Shown one piece after another: positions 1 to 10,061 of a stretch of DNA of 17,518 nt. A model generated the notes under the pieces. The model searched no databases. It was not told the DNA's origin and worked only from the letters and a program-made list of their open reading frames with translations. Origin of the DNA: a virus; IMG/VR virus record IMGVR_UViG_3300045391_006091, positions 1 through 17,518 of that record; one strand, 5' to 3'. A program made the translations under genes and the position numbers. Position 1 is the stretch's first letter. Every line of letters starts with the position of its first letter.

Positions 1-187
1 TGTTGACATAGGCACGGCTGTACCGGATCGTCGACTTCGGGGACGATTGATCCTCGTAGACCGTTTCTCCGGGCTCTGCCTGTGGAGTCAACTCACCGTC
101 GAGATGTCCGACGAATGTCGTGTTCCCGTGCTCTTCACAGCGAACAAAAACCGGAACGCCCTCCAATTTCACCTTCTTGTCACTCAT
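1..187 (-). CDS. hypothetical protein, 5' part only (first 62 codons; continues past the window start)
   Basis: Minus-strand ATG at 185-187 preceded by GAAAGGTAGAG. Hand translation MSDKKVKLEGVPVFVRCEEHGNTTFVGHLDGELTPQAEPGETVYEDQSSPKSTIRYSRAYVN runs to position 1 without a stop. It is not on the ORF track because fewer than 60 codons are visible as a closed ORF. Confidence 0.35.
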   Translation of the reverse strand, partial: MSDKKVKLEGVPVFVRCEEHGNTTFVGHLDGELTPQAEPGETVYEDQSSPKSTIRYSRAYVN

Positions 188-318
188 GGCGTGACTCTAC
201 CTTTCCCACCCGTCCATTGGGAGTGGCGGTTCGACTCTCTTTTCGGGTGGTGATCCAGCCCCTGGGTTGTTGATTGTCGAGCTTGATCCTTTTGTCCTCC
301 TTACAGTTGTTCACGTGC

Positions 319-669
319 TCACGCCCCGATCATCGGAGCGATCGCATCCACGAAGTCCTTGACCAGCATCGGCTTGGAGAGGAGCTTGACGTGGCCCAGA
401 TCGGCGCTCGGCTCGCTGGCCGAGTGGAACACGAACTTCTTGGCCAACTCCGGCTTGCTTGCCTGGAGGCTCTTGAAGAAGTCGACGCCGTTCATCTCCG
501 GCATGTCGATGTCGCTGATGATGAGATCCGGCTCGGCGATGGTGCTGAGGAGATCGAGGGCCTGGCGCCCGTTCTCGGCCTCCACAACATCGTAGCCATG
601 ACGCTTCAGGCTACGGCTGACTGCACGACGAACGATAGCTTGGTCTTCGACGAGAAGAATGGTTGCCAC
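319..669 (-). CDS. single-domain response regulator, CheY-like receiver (REC) domain only
   Basis: 116 aa: MATILLVEDQAIVRR...LIISDIDMPEMNGVDF...HSASEP...KLLSKP. This has the acidic pair, the phospho-acceptor Asp in a hydrophobic strand, the conserved Ser/Thr and the C-terminal Lys of REC domains. Start is GTG, with AGGAGG 5 nt upstream. Confidence 0.85.
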   Translation of the reverse strand: MATILLVEDQAIVRRAVSRSLKRHGYDVVEAENGRQALDLLSTIAEPDLIISDIDMPEMNGVDFFKSLQASKPELAKKFVFHSASEPSADLGHVKLLSKPMLVKDFVDAIAPMIGA

Positions 670-750
670 TGTGACCTCCTGAATCGCCCAAGATAGGTGG
701 GGGCGATCACAGCCTTATCTCGTCGAAAGGGCTGTTATTTCAGGAGTTGG

Positions 751-1197
751 TCACTCGTAGACGATCTTGCCGCCGCGCTCTACCATCGTGTCGCCGTTGA
801 AATACCAGCGCCAATGGCAACCACCTTCATCGGCGCTGTACATGTCGAGGTAGCTACCCTTCTCGACATACTTGGCGATGGTTCTGAGTTGGGGCTCATG
901 CTCTTTCAGAAGCTTGGTTCCGTCGAAGACAAGGTCAGCGATGTTGCCATCATTGTCAACATCGACGTTGAATCCCAGGATACGAAAGTACTCGCACAAC
1001 TTCCGTCCATCAGCGCCAAGCAGCTCCGCCATGCGGTCAGTGGCTTTCTCGTCGCCAGGAAACCCATCGACGTACGAGACGTACTGGATCTCGATCATGG
1101 GAGATCCTCGGTAGCGATCTAGAGCTTCCACGGCGTACCGATAGTTCTCCTTCTTCATCTTGAAGCTGGAGTCCTGGTAGTACATGGAGACTCCCAT
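751..1197 (-). CDS. hypothetical protein (148 aa)
   Basis: ORF whose ATG overlaps the stop of the upstream gene (TGATG at 1195-1199), on the same strand as its neighbours. No recognisable motif. Confidence 0.55.
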   Translation of the reverse strand: MGVSMYYQDSSFKMKKENYRYAVEALDRYRGSPMIEIQYVSYVDGFPGDEKATDRMAELLGADGRKLCEYFRILGFNVDVDNDGNIADLVFDGTKLLKEHEPQLRTIAKYVEKGSYLDMYSADEGGCHWRWYFNGDTMVERGGKIVYE

Positions 1198-1625
1198 CAG
1201 TTCACGTCCTTCTCGGACTTCTCCTTGCCTGGCTTGCTCATCGCGATGATCACGCTGGGAGTCAATCCCGTCCTCACCAGATCCCTGAGCTCGACGAGGA
1301 TCTTGAAGTGGTCCTCGTGAATGCCTTGCAGGAGCAGGAGCTCATGTGGAGTCGGATGAAGGCAGTCTTCGAGATCGACCTCGTGCGTCGAGGAGCAGTA
1401 CTTCCTGATGCAGAAATGGTACTTCCCTGTGCCCTTGCAGAGCTCGCAGTTCTCGGCGTACTGCTTACCAACGCCTCGCCAATCGAGACTGCGCTTCAGC
1501 ATCTCGGATCTCAGATCGCGAAGTCGGACACGGAGCTTCAGGATCTCTTCTTCCCTTGCTGCCACGGCGAAACCGGAGAGTGCCTCGTACTCGTCTCGGA
1601 GTTCGGGCGGAAGTTCGTCTTTCAT
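1197..1625 (-). CDS. hypothetical protein with a Cys cluster (CELCKGTGKYHFCIRKYC), possible metal-binding
   Basis: ORF 1197..1631; the preferred start is the ATG at 1623-1625, with AAGGGGTGAGC upstream, immediately after a terminator hairpin. The C-x2-C-x9-C-x4-C spacing suggests a zinc knuckle. Confidence 0.55.
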   Translation of the reverse strand: MKDELPPELRDEYEALSGFAVAAREEEILKLRVRLRDLRSEMLKRSLDWRGVGKQYAENCELCKGTGKYHFCIRKYCSSTHEVDLEDCLHPTPHELLLLQGIHEDHFKILVELRDLVRTGLTPSVIIAMSKPGKEKSEKDVN

Positions 1626-1635
1626 GCTCACCCCT

Positions 1636-1679
1636 TGAAAAGAAAAATAACCGGTCCAGGTTCTTATCCCTGGACCGGT
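1636..1679 (-). terminator. intrinsic terminator (11-bp perfect stem ACCGGTCCAGG/CCTGGACCGGT, 8-nt loop, then TATTTTTCTTTTCA on the minus strand)
   Basis: Inverted repeat 1650-1660/1669-1679 read directly; the U-rich tract lies 3' on the minus strand; downstream of the 1744..2025 gene. Confidence 0.7.
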
Positions 1680-1743
1680 GCAGGAAGTTTACCGCTCCCG
1701 ACATTTTCTGGCTGCACGGGAGATTGAGTCAGAACACGGGACC

Positions 1744-2025
1744 TTACGGCACTACCTGGCGGCAAATCACCTCGAACCTGTGCATCGATTCGATTACAGC
1801 TCGCGCACCTTGAGCAGCATCAGGATCGTCTTGCCAGCGCTCGGCGATCTTGGTCTCGGTGTCGACCATTCGGCACAGCTCGTCGAAGTGCTGCGCCTTT
1901 CGTTCGGACATTGCCGAAGTTGCTTGGATACGCTCTTCACGACGTTTCCAGCACCAACCCTGAACGACGACCGAGAGCAGCAGAAAGACGATCGCGATTA
2001 GCACGTAGCGGATGGGTATCCTCAC
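1744..2025 (-). CDS. small membrane-anchored protein (N-terminal TM helix YVLIAIVFLLLSVVVQGW)
   Basis: 93 aa. GTG start overlaps the TGA of the upstream 371-aa gene (GTGA). AAGGGG SD lies 5 nt upstream. One N-terminal hydrophobic helix, then a charged soluble tail. Confidence 0.55.
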   Translation of the reverse strand: MRIPIRYVLIAIVFLLLSVVVQGWCWKRREERIQATSAMSERKAQHFDELCRMVDTETKIAERWQDDPDAAQGARAVIESMHRFEVICRQVVP

Positions 2026-3137
2026 TTGGTCCCCTTATAGGGATCAGCAGCCCAGGTATCGATCGGTTCCATGCCGGTCGCTTGAGCCGTAGCGTCCAGG
2101 ACCGGCATATCACCGTAGCGATCCATCTGCGTACCGATCGCGACCGGAGCAAGATCGTTATCGATCCAACTGATGAACTCGGGCTCGTTCCAGTGGGCGG
2201 GACGATCCGTCGTAGTCCGGTGATAGCGCGTGTTGTTGTCGCCGTAGATCGGGTTGTAGAACTCGACGAGGGCATAGCGCTTAGCGCCATTTTTGCCGAG
2301 AACGATGACCGCCTTCTTGTCGCTCATCTTGTCGGTGCCGTTGGATAGCCCATCGCCGATGTCGGCAAGATGCTGATCCTTGAACCGCTGGACGACTTTG
2401 CGCACCACCTCCTCATAGGCTGCGACGGAGTGGTAAGTGGGATCCTTGTACGAGGCGACCATGGCTGAGAGCTCGAAGTCATCAAGCTTGACGGGAACCA
2501 CCTCTCGAATGTGCTGAGCAAGAGGTGAGAGATGCTCTTCGAAAATCGAGCAGAAGTCGGCAGCCGCAGCATTCTCCTTGCTGACGCCGGCGGGGCGATG
2601 CGCCGCGGCGCTGAGCTTGGTTTTGAAGTTTCGGTTGACCTGCGAGATCGTGTTGGTGATGAAGCGTGGGTTGATGTTGGCAATGCCACGTGCGAAAGAC
2701 GCAGGTAATTCATAGCCCAGGCCGACCGTGAGCGCAGTGCCGTTCTTGACCGCTTCCTTCGCACCCGCCTGGAACGCCAACAGGCTACCGGAGAACAAAC
2801 CGAGAGCACCCTCGGCACCGAGCAGAATAGTGGCGACGGTAATCCAGACGCTGTGATTCTGACCGGTAGTAGTGAGCAGTTCGGTGCGGACCTTGCCGAT
2901 CGCAGCGTGGAAGTTGGCCATCGCATCGCCGACAACGTCCCCTAGATCGCCGATCAGGCGGGTGCGCTGGTCCTTGTCGAGCCAGCAATCTTCCTTCTCG
3001 GGGTGACGTTCACACGCTGTGCCTTTATCGACGATCGGAATGCCCGTCGATTTCCCAGGAATGATGTGCTTTTGCGGATCGGATGATGTGCCGGCCGCCT
3101 TGCGTTGGCGGTCGAGTAGATCGTGTCCTCCTCCCAT
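2022..3137 (-). CDS. hypothetical protein (371 aa) with internal Gly-zipper-like hydrophobic segment
   Basis: ATG at 3135-3137 preceded by TAGGAGGACCAC (the stop of the upstream gene lies inside the SD). Segment SVWITVATILLGAEGALGLFSGSLLAFQAGA looks like a glycine-zipper membrane-insertion motif. No family recognised. Confidence 0.65.
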   Translation of the reverse strand: MGGGHDLLDRQRKAAGTSSDPQKHIIPGKSTGIPIVDKGTACERHPEKEDCWLDKDQRTRLIGDLGDVVGDAMANFHAAIGKVRTELLTTTGQNHSVWITVATILLGAEGALGLFSGSLLAFQAGAKEAVKNGTALTVGLGYELPASFARGIANINPRFITNTISQVNRNFKTKLSAAAHRPAGVSKENAAAADFCSIFEEHLSPLAQHIREVVPVKLDDFELSAMVASYKDPTYHSVAAYEEVVRKVVQRFKDQHLADIGDGLSNGTDKMSDKKAVIVLGKNGAKRYALVEFYNPIYGDNNTRYHRTTTDRPAHWNEPEFISWIDNDLAPVAIGTQMDRYGDMPVLDATAQATGMEPIDTWAADPYKGTK

Positions 3138-3146
3138 GTGGTCCTC

Positions 3147-3698
3147 CTAGAGTTGAAGAATGGTGTGGGCCACATCCTTGGGACGCGGCAGGTTGGGAAG
3201 AACGTCGAGGATCGTTCTCAGGAACTCGATCCCACCGGCACGAAGACGGTGAGTGGAACCTCGGATTCTCCTCGGAGAGAGCAGCGTGTACATGAGGTCG
3301 AAGTCGAAGAAGGCCATGTCCTGCATCCATTCCGTGAAGGTGTCTCGCTGCTTGACGAGGAACCGCACGTTCTTGTTGGATACAGTGAGATTCTCTCCTT
3401 CGAGGAGGATCGGAGTTCCGATCATGTTCTCCTTGCCTTCGCGTATGGCAAGAGTACAGAGCTGTTCGAGAACGATGATCTTCTCGAAGCCGAGCAGCTC
3501 GTAATGGTCTTTCGTGATCGAAGAAGAGACCACGCCTTTCATACTGTTCTCTGTTTCGACGGAGGTCGGAACTCCATCGGACTCCGAATCCACGATGCGG
3601 CGGATTTGGACGGTGACCTCTTGATTGTTGACTTCGATCACCTCCCATCCGACTCGAACCGTAGCTTCGTTTGGGCTGGCAGTAGGAATAGCTTCCAT
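3147..3698 (-). CDS. hypothetical protein (183 aa from the internal ATG)
   Basis: The track ORF is 3147..3740. The ATG at 3740 has no SD, whereas the ATG at 3696-3698 (MEAIPTAS...) is preceded by AAGGGGAAAGACC, so the start was moved. Confidence 0.55.
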   Translation of the reverse strand: MEAIPTASPNEATVRVGWEVIEVNNQEVTVQIRRIVDSESDGVPTSVETENSMKGVVSSSITKDHYELLGFEKIIVLEQLCTLAIREGKENMIGTPILLEGENLTVSNKNVRFLVKQRDTFTEWMQDMAFFDFDLMYTLLSPRRIRGSTHRLRAGGIEFLRTILDVLPNLPRPKDVAHTILQL

Positions 3699-3754
3699 GG
3701 TCTTTCCCCTTGTTGAAAGAGATGTCCGAGAAGCGGCCATCTTTGTTCAGTTCC

Positions 3755-4060
3755 TTATCCCGTAGGAGTCTCTCCAATAGCGGGCAGGCCCGTTAGTTTG
3801 TGAATGAGAGACAGAACCCACTGAGGGGGTAGACCGTTCCATTTCAAGCTTTTGCCCTGCGTACGAAATACGTACGCCGCCTCTTCCCCGCCTGGTTGAT
3901 ACACACCATGGGTGATCTTGTTTTCATCTCCTGCTGACAGCAGGAGTATGTAGCCATCGGTCTTGGGCCAGTCACGGATGACATCGAGGGGAACGACGTC
4001 TTTCCTTTGGTAGCGACCCACCGCTATCGTATGCCCTTCGTGCTCGATTACTTCGATCAT
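3755..4060 (-). CDS. hypothetical protein (101 aa)
   Basis: ATG at 4058-4060 preceded by AGAGGAAATC and a hairpin/T-tract module. No motif recognised. Confidence 0.5.
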   Translation of the reverse strand: MIEVIEHEGHTIAVGRYQRKDVVPLDVIRDWPKTDGYILLLSAGDENKITHGVYQPGGEEAAYVFRTQGKSLKWNGLPPQWVLSLIHKLTGLPAIGETPTG

Positions 4061-4068
4061 GATTTCCT

Positions 4069-4107
4069 CTTGGCAAAGAAAGAGGGCACGTGGTTAGACG
4101 TGTCCTC
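4069..4107 (-). terminator. intrinsic terminator-like hairpin (GAGGGCACGT/ACGTGTCCTC, one mismatch) followed by CTTTCTTTGCC on the minus strand
   Basis: Read directly. Lies between the stop of the AAA+ gene (4125) and the start of the next gene (4060). Confidence 0.5.
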
Positions 4108-4124
4108 ACATCCTCTACCGTCGA

Positions 4125-6578
4125 CTAGTGTCCGTTGGACCGGTTCTCGTCGATAGCCTGCTTCGTGACTTCCTGCACCAGCTCCCCGAAGCCCTTCTCC
4201 GCAGCCGCGATGGTGGGAGTGGTGGCGCATCGAACCACCGCCTCTGCGATCTTGGAACCGATCGCATCGCCGAGCACATCCATCGGATGCTCCTCCGTCC
4301 CCTTGTCCGGATTGATGTACTTCACGTGGGCCATCATCTCGATCACCGCTTGCTTGAGATGCTTCGTGGTGATGACCAGATGGTCTGAGTTCGTCTTGCG
4401 TGCGTCACGGATCGCACGGGGCTTCGAACGCTCCACGACTTCGCGGCACACGGCCGGGATCTGACCCGCGAGCATGGCGCCGATCTCGGTGAGATCCGCA
4501 TTCGGCTCGATCAGGTCACGACCGTACATCCGCAGGAGCTGCCTGGTGGCCTCTGCGTCGGGAGGATCGATCGGGATGATCGCATCGATACGTCCAGGAC
4601 GCATCATCGCGGGGTGGATATCATCCGGCGAGTTCGTCGTGAACACCACGATGACCTCGTCCTTCTTGCGATCCACTCCATCCATCGAGTTGAGGTACTT
4701 GTTCATGTCCTCATCCCGCTCACCTTCGAGCACCTCGTCGAGATCCTCGGCGAAGACCACGGCTGGTGCATAGTTCTTCGCGAACTGGAGCGCCTGCGGG
4801 AGATGCTTGATGTTGGTGACGTAGATGAACGTCCAGCCGTGAGCGACTGCCACGTTCGCCGTGACCAAGGCGGTGAGGGTCTTGCCGGTACCGAACGGTC
4901 CTGCGAGCAGGATGCCTCGTCGCAGGGGGAAGCCCATCTTCCGAGCGATGTCGGCGTTCTCGATCGGGACGAACAGGTTCGTATCGACCATCTCGGAGAT
5001 GTCGTGCGAGAGGATCAGATTCTCCTTCGTGGTCCCCGACACGTCCATGAACTTCGGAGCCTTCATCGGATCGAACCCCGGGTCGTCGACCGACAACAGG
5101 GTGAAGTCCGGCCGGATCGCCTTACCCCGGTAGATCGACTCCGTTCGCAGCACCTCACGGGTGAGCTGGATGAGCTGCTCGATCTTGGGATAGTCCCCCT
5201 TGCGGATCAAGCCGGTCAAACGCATGACCGGGAGTCCGTCGACGAGGGCGATCTGCGTCTCGATGTGGCCGGTGACACCATGGAAGGACATCAGACCCCA
5301 CGGGATCTGCACGATCTTGTTGATGTCCGACTCGATCGAGAGCGTGGCCGGCGGGTTGATACCGAAGAAGGTCGCCTTCTCCTCCTGGCTCACGAAGCCG
5401 TAGGTCCGCTCGATCGCCTTGTGCAGCGCCAGTGCGGCGTCGGGCGGATAGTAGCCCGTGAACTTGTGATCGATGGAGATCTCCTTCTCGAGCTCCTCCT
5501 TGTGCTTCCTCAGCCAGTGGATGGCCGTCTTGTGGTTCATCCCAGGAGGGAGATCGATGGTTGGCTTGTCGCTGGCATCCTTGAAGTTGATGCCGACATC
5601 CTTGAACGTCTCGTCGATCTTGTCGTCTGAATCCTTCATATCGGGTTCGTAGTCCTTCCGTTCGTCTTGCCAAGTCTCGAAGGACTCAGCCTTTACTTCG
5701 ACCTCCCCAGCAGGGAGGGCTAGTTGTGCAGTGGGGTTGACAACCTTGCCGGTTTTCTCATGCTCGATTACTGCTTTTGCATTCGGGTCGGCGAGCAGTA
5801 GATGTTCGACGATTGCTTTCGCTGTGGCGTAAGGGACGCCCTCGCTCAACGCAGTCGCCTCGTCGACATCCAGTCCCTTGATGGCCTCATCGACCATTCC
5901 CTTTGCGTCGTACAAGCTCCGTCCGGTTAGTTCACGGACGGCCTTGATGAGGCTGATCGCTCGGGACGAAGTCGCCCCGATCAGCTTAACGGTGAAGTCG
6001 TTCCCAGTCCGGTCGTCACCCATCTCCGTATCGATGGGGTTCCTCGCGTACCTCTCCTCGTCGTTGTAGTACTCACACGAGTGATGGTAGTGGGGGCAGC
6101 CGCAGTCCTCTCGATGCTTGCGTGTTGCCTCCTCGCAGTCGTCTTCTTCACGGGGTTCTCCGATGGTCTTGCATTCCTCACAGGGCTCGATGTGAGGATG
6201 GTTATCGGATTCCGTTCCGTACTGACACCCCCCAACAGGGACATGGATCCACCCGAAGTCGCAGCACCCGGTGCAATCGAACTCCTCGTCGGAGCATTCT
6301 CGACACCAGGCAGAGAACTTCTCGATGAACTCACCAGCGTAGGGAGGGTGATCTCCTCCGCAGTCGGGACAGCGATCCCCGTTGAAGGCTCGAAGGTCCT
6401 TCTCGAGGAACTCGAACTCCTCGAGTTGGAGGAACGTCTTCTGAACTACCGACTTTGGAACCTTGCCCCGATGAGCATCCGGCCCGCCAGCTAGCGCAGA
6501 TATTGCCCTGACACCCACCATCTCCCGGATTGCGTTGAGGTGCGACCGGAACCTCTTTACCTTTTCCTCCCTGTTCAT
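4125..6578 (-). CDS. multi-domain classic-clade AAA+ ATPase: N-terminal Cys/His-rich metal-binding region, ribosomal L7/L12 C-terminal-domain homologue, middle domain, AAA module (Walker A GPFGTGKT, Walker B VVFAEDLDE, SRH/Arg-finger TTNSPDDIHPAMMRPGRID)
   Basis: 817-aa ORF. ATG at 6576-6578 preceded by AAGGAGACGAA. AAA motifs read directly. Residues about 193-278, DFTVKLIGATSSRAISLIKAVRELTGRSLYDAKGMVDEA...LSEGVPYATAKAIVEHL, align almost position for position with E. coli L7/L12 CTD [60 protein letters not shown]. Residues about 69-169 carry roughly 20 Cys/His in CxxC-type spacings. Confidence 0.9.
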   Translation of the reverse strand: MNREEKVKRFRSHLNAIREMVGVRAISALAGGPDAHRGKVPKSVVQKTFLQLEEFEFLEKDLRAFNGDRCPDCGGDHPPYAGEFIEKFSAWCRECSDEEFDCTGCCDFGWIHVPVGGCQYGTESDNHPHIEPCEECKTIGEPREEDDCEEATRKHREDCGCPHYHHSCEYYNDEERYARNPIDTEMGDDRTGNDFTVKLIGATSSRAISLIKAVRELTGRSLYDAKGMVDEAIKGLDVDEATALSEGVPYATAKAIVEHLLLADPNAKAVIEHEKTGKVVNPTAQLALPAGEVEVKAESFETWQDERKDYEPDMKDSDDKIDETFKDVGINFKDASDKPTIDLPPGMNHKTAIHWLRKHKEELEKEISIDHKFTGYYPPDAALALHKAIERTYGFVSQEEKATFFGINPPATLSIESDINKIVQIPWGLMSFHGVTGHIETQIALVDGLPVMRLTGLIRKGDYPKIEQLIQLTREVLRTESIYRGKAIRPDFTLLSVDDPGFDPMKAPKFMDVSGTTKENLILSHDISEMVDTNLFVPIENADIARKMGFPLRRGILLAGPFGTGKTLTALVTANVAVAHGWTFIYVTNIKHLPQALQFAKNYAPAVVFAEDLDEVLEGERDEDMNKYLNSMDGVDRKKDEVIVVFTTNSPDDIHPAMMRPGRIDAIIPIDPPDAEATRQLLRMYGRDLIEPNADLTEIGAMLAGQIPAVCREVVERSKPRAIRDARKTNSDHLVITTKHLKQAVIEMMAHVKYINPDKGTEEHPMDVLGDAIGSKIAEAVVRCATTPTIAAAEKGFGELVQEVTKQAIDENRSNGH

Positions 6579-6587
6579 TTCGTCTCC

Positions 6588-6625
6588 TTGAAAAAGAAAA
6601 CGCGCCCTAGGACGGACGCGTTTCC
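6588..6625 (-). terminator. intrinsic terminator (stem AAACGCG/CGCGTTT, extendable, then TTTCTTTTTCAAG on the minus strand) just upstream of the AAA+ gene RBS
   Basis: Inverted repeat 6600-6606/6619-6625. The U-tract lies 3' on the minus strand. The region 6626-6736 upstream of it is the lowest-GC stretch in the window, so a promoter is possible there. Confidence 0.6.
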
Positions 6626-6736
6626 CAGCCTCGAAAATGATGGTTCGCTACCTGATCGGCTCGCTCTGCATTTGAAGGAGACTTCTGATCAACTTACGTT
6701 CCATCTAACTCTTATCTCGACTGTGCTTTGACTTTT

Positions 6737-6988
6737 TCAGTTGAAGCGAATCGTGCATCCCTTGCACGCATAGCCACAACCTACTGCTCCTTTGACTCTA
6801 TGACCCGTCGGACCGATGGCAGTGAAGCCGGTGCAGGTGTCATCGCTCTTCGAGCATGTGAACGCCGAGTATCCCGTGAGCTCGATGTTGGTGAAACCAG
6901 CATCCTCGAGTGTCTGACGGGCAGCACTCTCATTGGTACAGCTTGGGGCGATTGAAAACAGCACGAGAGCCAGCAGCGCAGATTTCAT
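6737..6988 (-). CDS. small secreted or lipid-anchored Cys-rich protein (83 aa; signal peptide MKSALLALVLFSIAPSC, 6 Cys)
   Basis: The track ORF 6737..7123 overlaps the gyrB 3' end in another frame. The internal ATG at 6986-6988 is preceded by a perfect AGGAGG (6-nt spacer) that overlaps the gyrB TAG. An N-terminal hydrophobic h-region is followed by a Cys-rich mature part (FTC, DTC, VGC, YAC, KGC). Confidence 0.65.
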   Translation of the reverse strand: MKSALLALVLFSIAPSCTNESAARQTLEDAGFTNIELTGYSAFTCSKSDDTCTGFTAIGPTGHRVKGAVGCGYACKGCTIRFN

Positions 6989-6998
6989 ATCGATCCTC

Positions 6999-9131
<2,133 letters not shown>

Positions 9132-9545
9132 TTACCATTCGTTACGATTCGCCCTCTTACTTGAGAACCAAAAGGTCGCTAGGAGGCGACGCCACCAGGT
9201 CCCACGGGCAATTGCTTTAGGAAGGGCGAGGGGATGGGCGTCGTAAAGGCGAGCCCCGCAATGCCTCCACAAGTAGGAATCGAGTGCGTCATCCAGAAGC
9301 TTGACCAGTGCCGAACGATGCTCGTTCCGTTTGAACGTGGTGTCACACCAAGAGGTCCGTTTGTACGTTCTCTCCTCGTTCTCACAGTTAGAACGGAAGA
9401 TGTGCGTTTGATAGGACTCGTAATACGAGTGGGTGTCTGGATGGTGGTCTCTGTGTACTACGACAGTGATGGTGAGCTCAGTGCTGATACCGAGCAGTTC
9501 GTCCATCACGAAAATCTTCGAGGCAAACAGATCTTCTTCAAACAC
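9132..9545 (-). CDS. hypothetical protein (about 137 aa, Trp/His-rich)
   Basis: The track ORF 9132..9557 starts with TTG. The GTG at 9543-9545 is preferred: it follows GGGAGGA directly after a hairpin+TTTTCTTT module, the same layout seen at four other gene starts. GC by codon position (third highest, second lowest) favours this frame over the overlapping plus-strand ORF 9234..9623. The stop lies 9 nt before the gyrB ATG. Confidence 0.45.
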   Translation of the reverse strand: MFEEDLFASKIFVMDELLGISTELTITVVVHRDHHPDTHSYYESYQTHIFRSNCENEERTYKRTSWCDTTFKRNEHRSALVKLLDDALDSYLWRHCGARLYDAHPLALPKAIARGTWWRRLLATFWFSSKRANRNEW

Positions 9546-9552
9546 TGGTCCT

Positions 9553-9580
9553 CCCAAAGAAAAGGGCCATCAAGCCCTCT
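9553..9580 (-). terminator. weak terminator-like hairpin (AGGGC/GCCCT, 6-nt loop) followed by TTTTCTTTGGG on the minus strand
   Basis: Read directly. The stem is short (5 bp) but sits in the same hairpin, T-tract, RBS, start arrangement as the stronger examples. Confidence 0.35.
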
Positions 9581-9588
9581 CCTTCGAT

Positions 9589-9981
9589 TCATGCAGCCTT
9601 GCGCTGCTTCTTGTAGTCCTTGAGCCACTGACGATACATGGGACCAACGATGCGCTCGAGGTGTTCTTCGAACGAGAGCAGGTTTTCGAGGTTGAGCCCG
9701 ACCTGCTTTGCGTAGTCCTTCACCATGAGCGGGTTCCACGTGGCCCCATTCATGAGACGGATCCGCTCCGAGCGAAGGAAGCGAACGTCCTTGTTCCTGA
9801 GCTCGTCCTTCACCACGTAGAAGCCGTGGATGAAGATGATCTGGTCACCTTGCAGGTTCCTGATCAAGACGACGTCCCGCTTGCCGAGAAGCTTGAGTCG
9901 AGGAGTCTTCTTGATGAGCTCGCTGAAATTCGTGAACTCGCTCTTTCGGAAATCCATCGTTTCGATGTGAGTAAGCCGCAT
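9589..9981 (-). CDS. hypothetical protein (130 aa from the internal ATG)
   Basis: The track ORF starts with GTG at 10005 and has GAAGG only 1 nt upstream. The ATG 24 nt downstream (MRLTHIETMDF...) has GGAGGG at a 4-nt spacing, so 9981 is preferred. No family recognised. Confidence 0.5.
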   Translation of the reverse strand: MRLTHIETMDFRKSEFTNFSELIKKTPRLKLLGKRDVVLIRNLQGDQIIFIHGFYVVKDELRNKDVRFLRSERIRLMNGATWNPLMVKDYAKQVGLNLENLLSFEEHLERIVGPMYRQWLKDYKKQRKAA

Positions 9982-10061
9982 CTGCCCTCCAGGAAAGTTG
10001 TCCACCCTTCAAGCCCTTATCCCTGAGGAAAGGCAGGTTCTTCCTGTGCTAAGATGAGGTC

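Noticed and set aside
3025-3777. 250-aa minus-strand Arg/Ser/Pro-rich ORF (also 2324..2935, 2785..2988, 2954..3175, 12952..13233, 14718..15026)
   Set aside because: Alternate frames of real genes; extreme Arg/Pro/Ser content and no start-site signals.
4614-5630. 338-aa plus-strand ORF antisense to the AAA+ gene
   Set aside because: It lies entirely inside a strongly supported minus-strand gene. Its translation is D/R/L/V-rich low-complexity text typical of antisense frames in GC-rich DNA, and it has no SD.
6755-6776. Hairpin CGTGCA-TCCCT-TGCACG near the 3' end of the Cys-rich small gene
   Set aside because: It lies inside the coding sequence (covering the last codons CTIRFN) and has no downstream T-tract. 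The likely terminator is the stronger hairpin at 6588-6625.
9432-9444. 13-bp perfect palindrome CTCGTAATACGAG
   Set aside because: A single occurrence inside a coding region, too short to distinguish from chance; no partner site found.
9234-9623. 129-aa plus-strand ORF as an alternative to the minus-strand 9132..9545 gene
   Set aside because: GC by codon position in two 60-nt samples fits the minus frame (third position about 65%, second lowest) and not the plus frame. The minus ORF also carries the recurring hairpin/T-tract/RBS module and is coupled to gyrB. The plus ORF would additionally overlap the convergent 9589..9981 gene.
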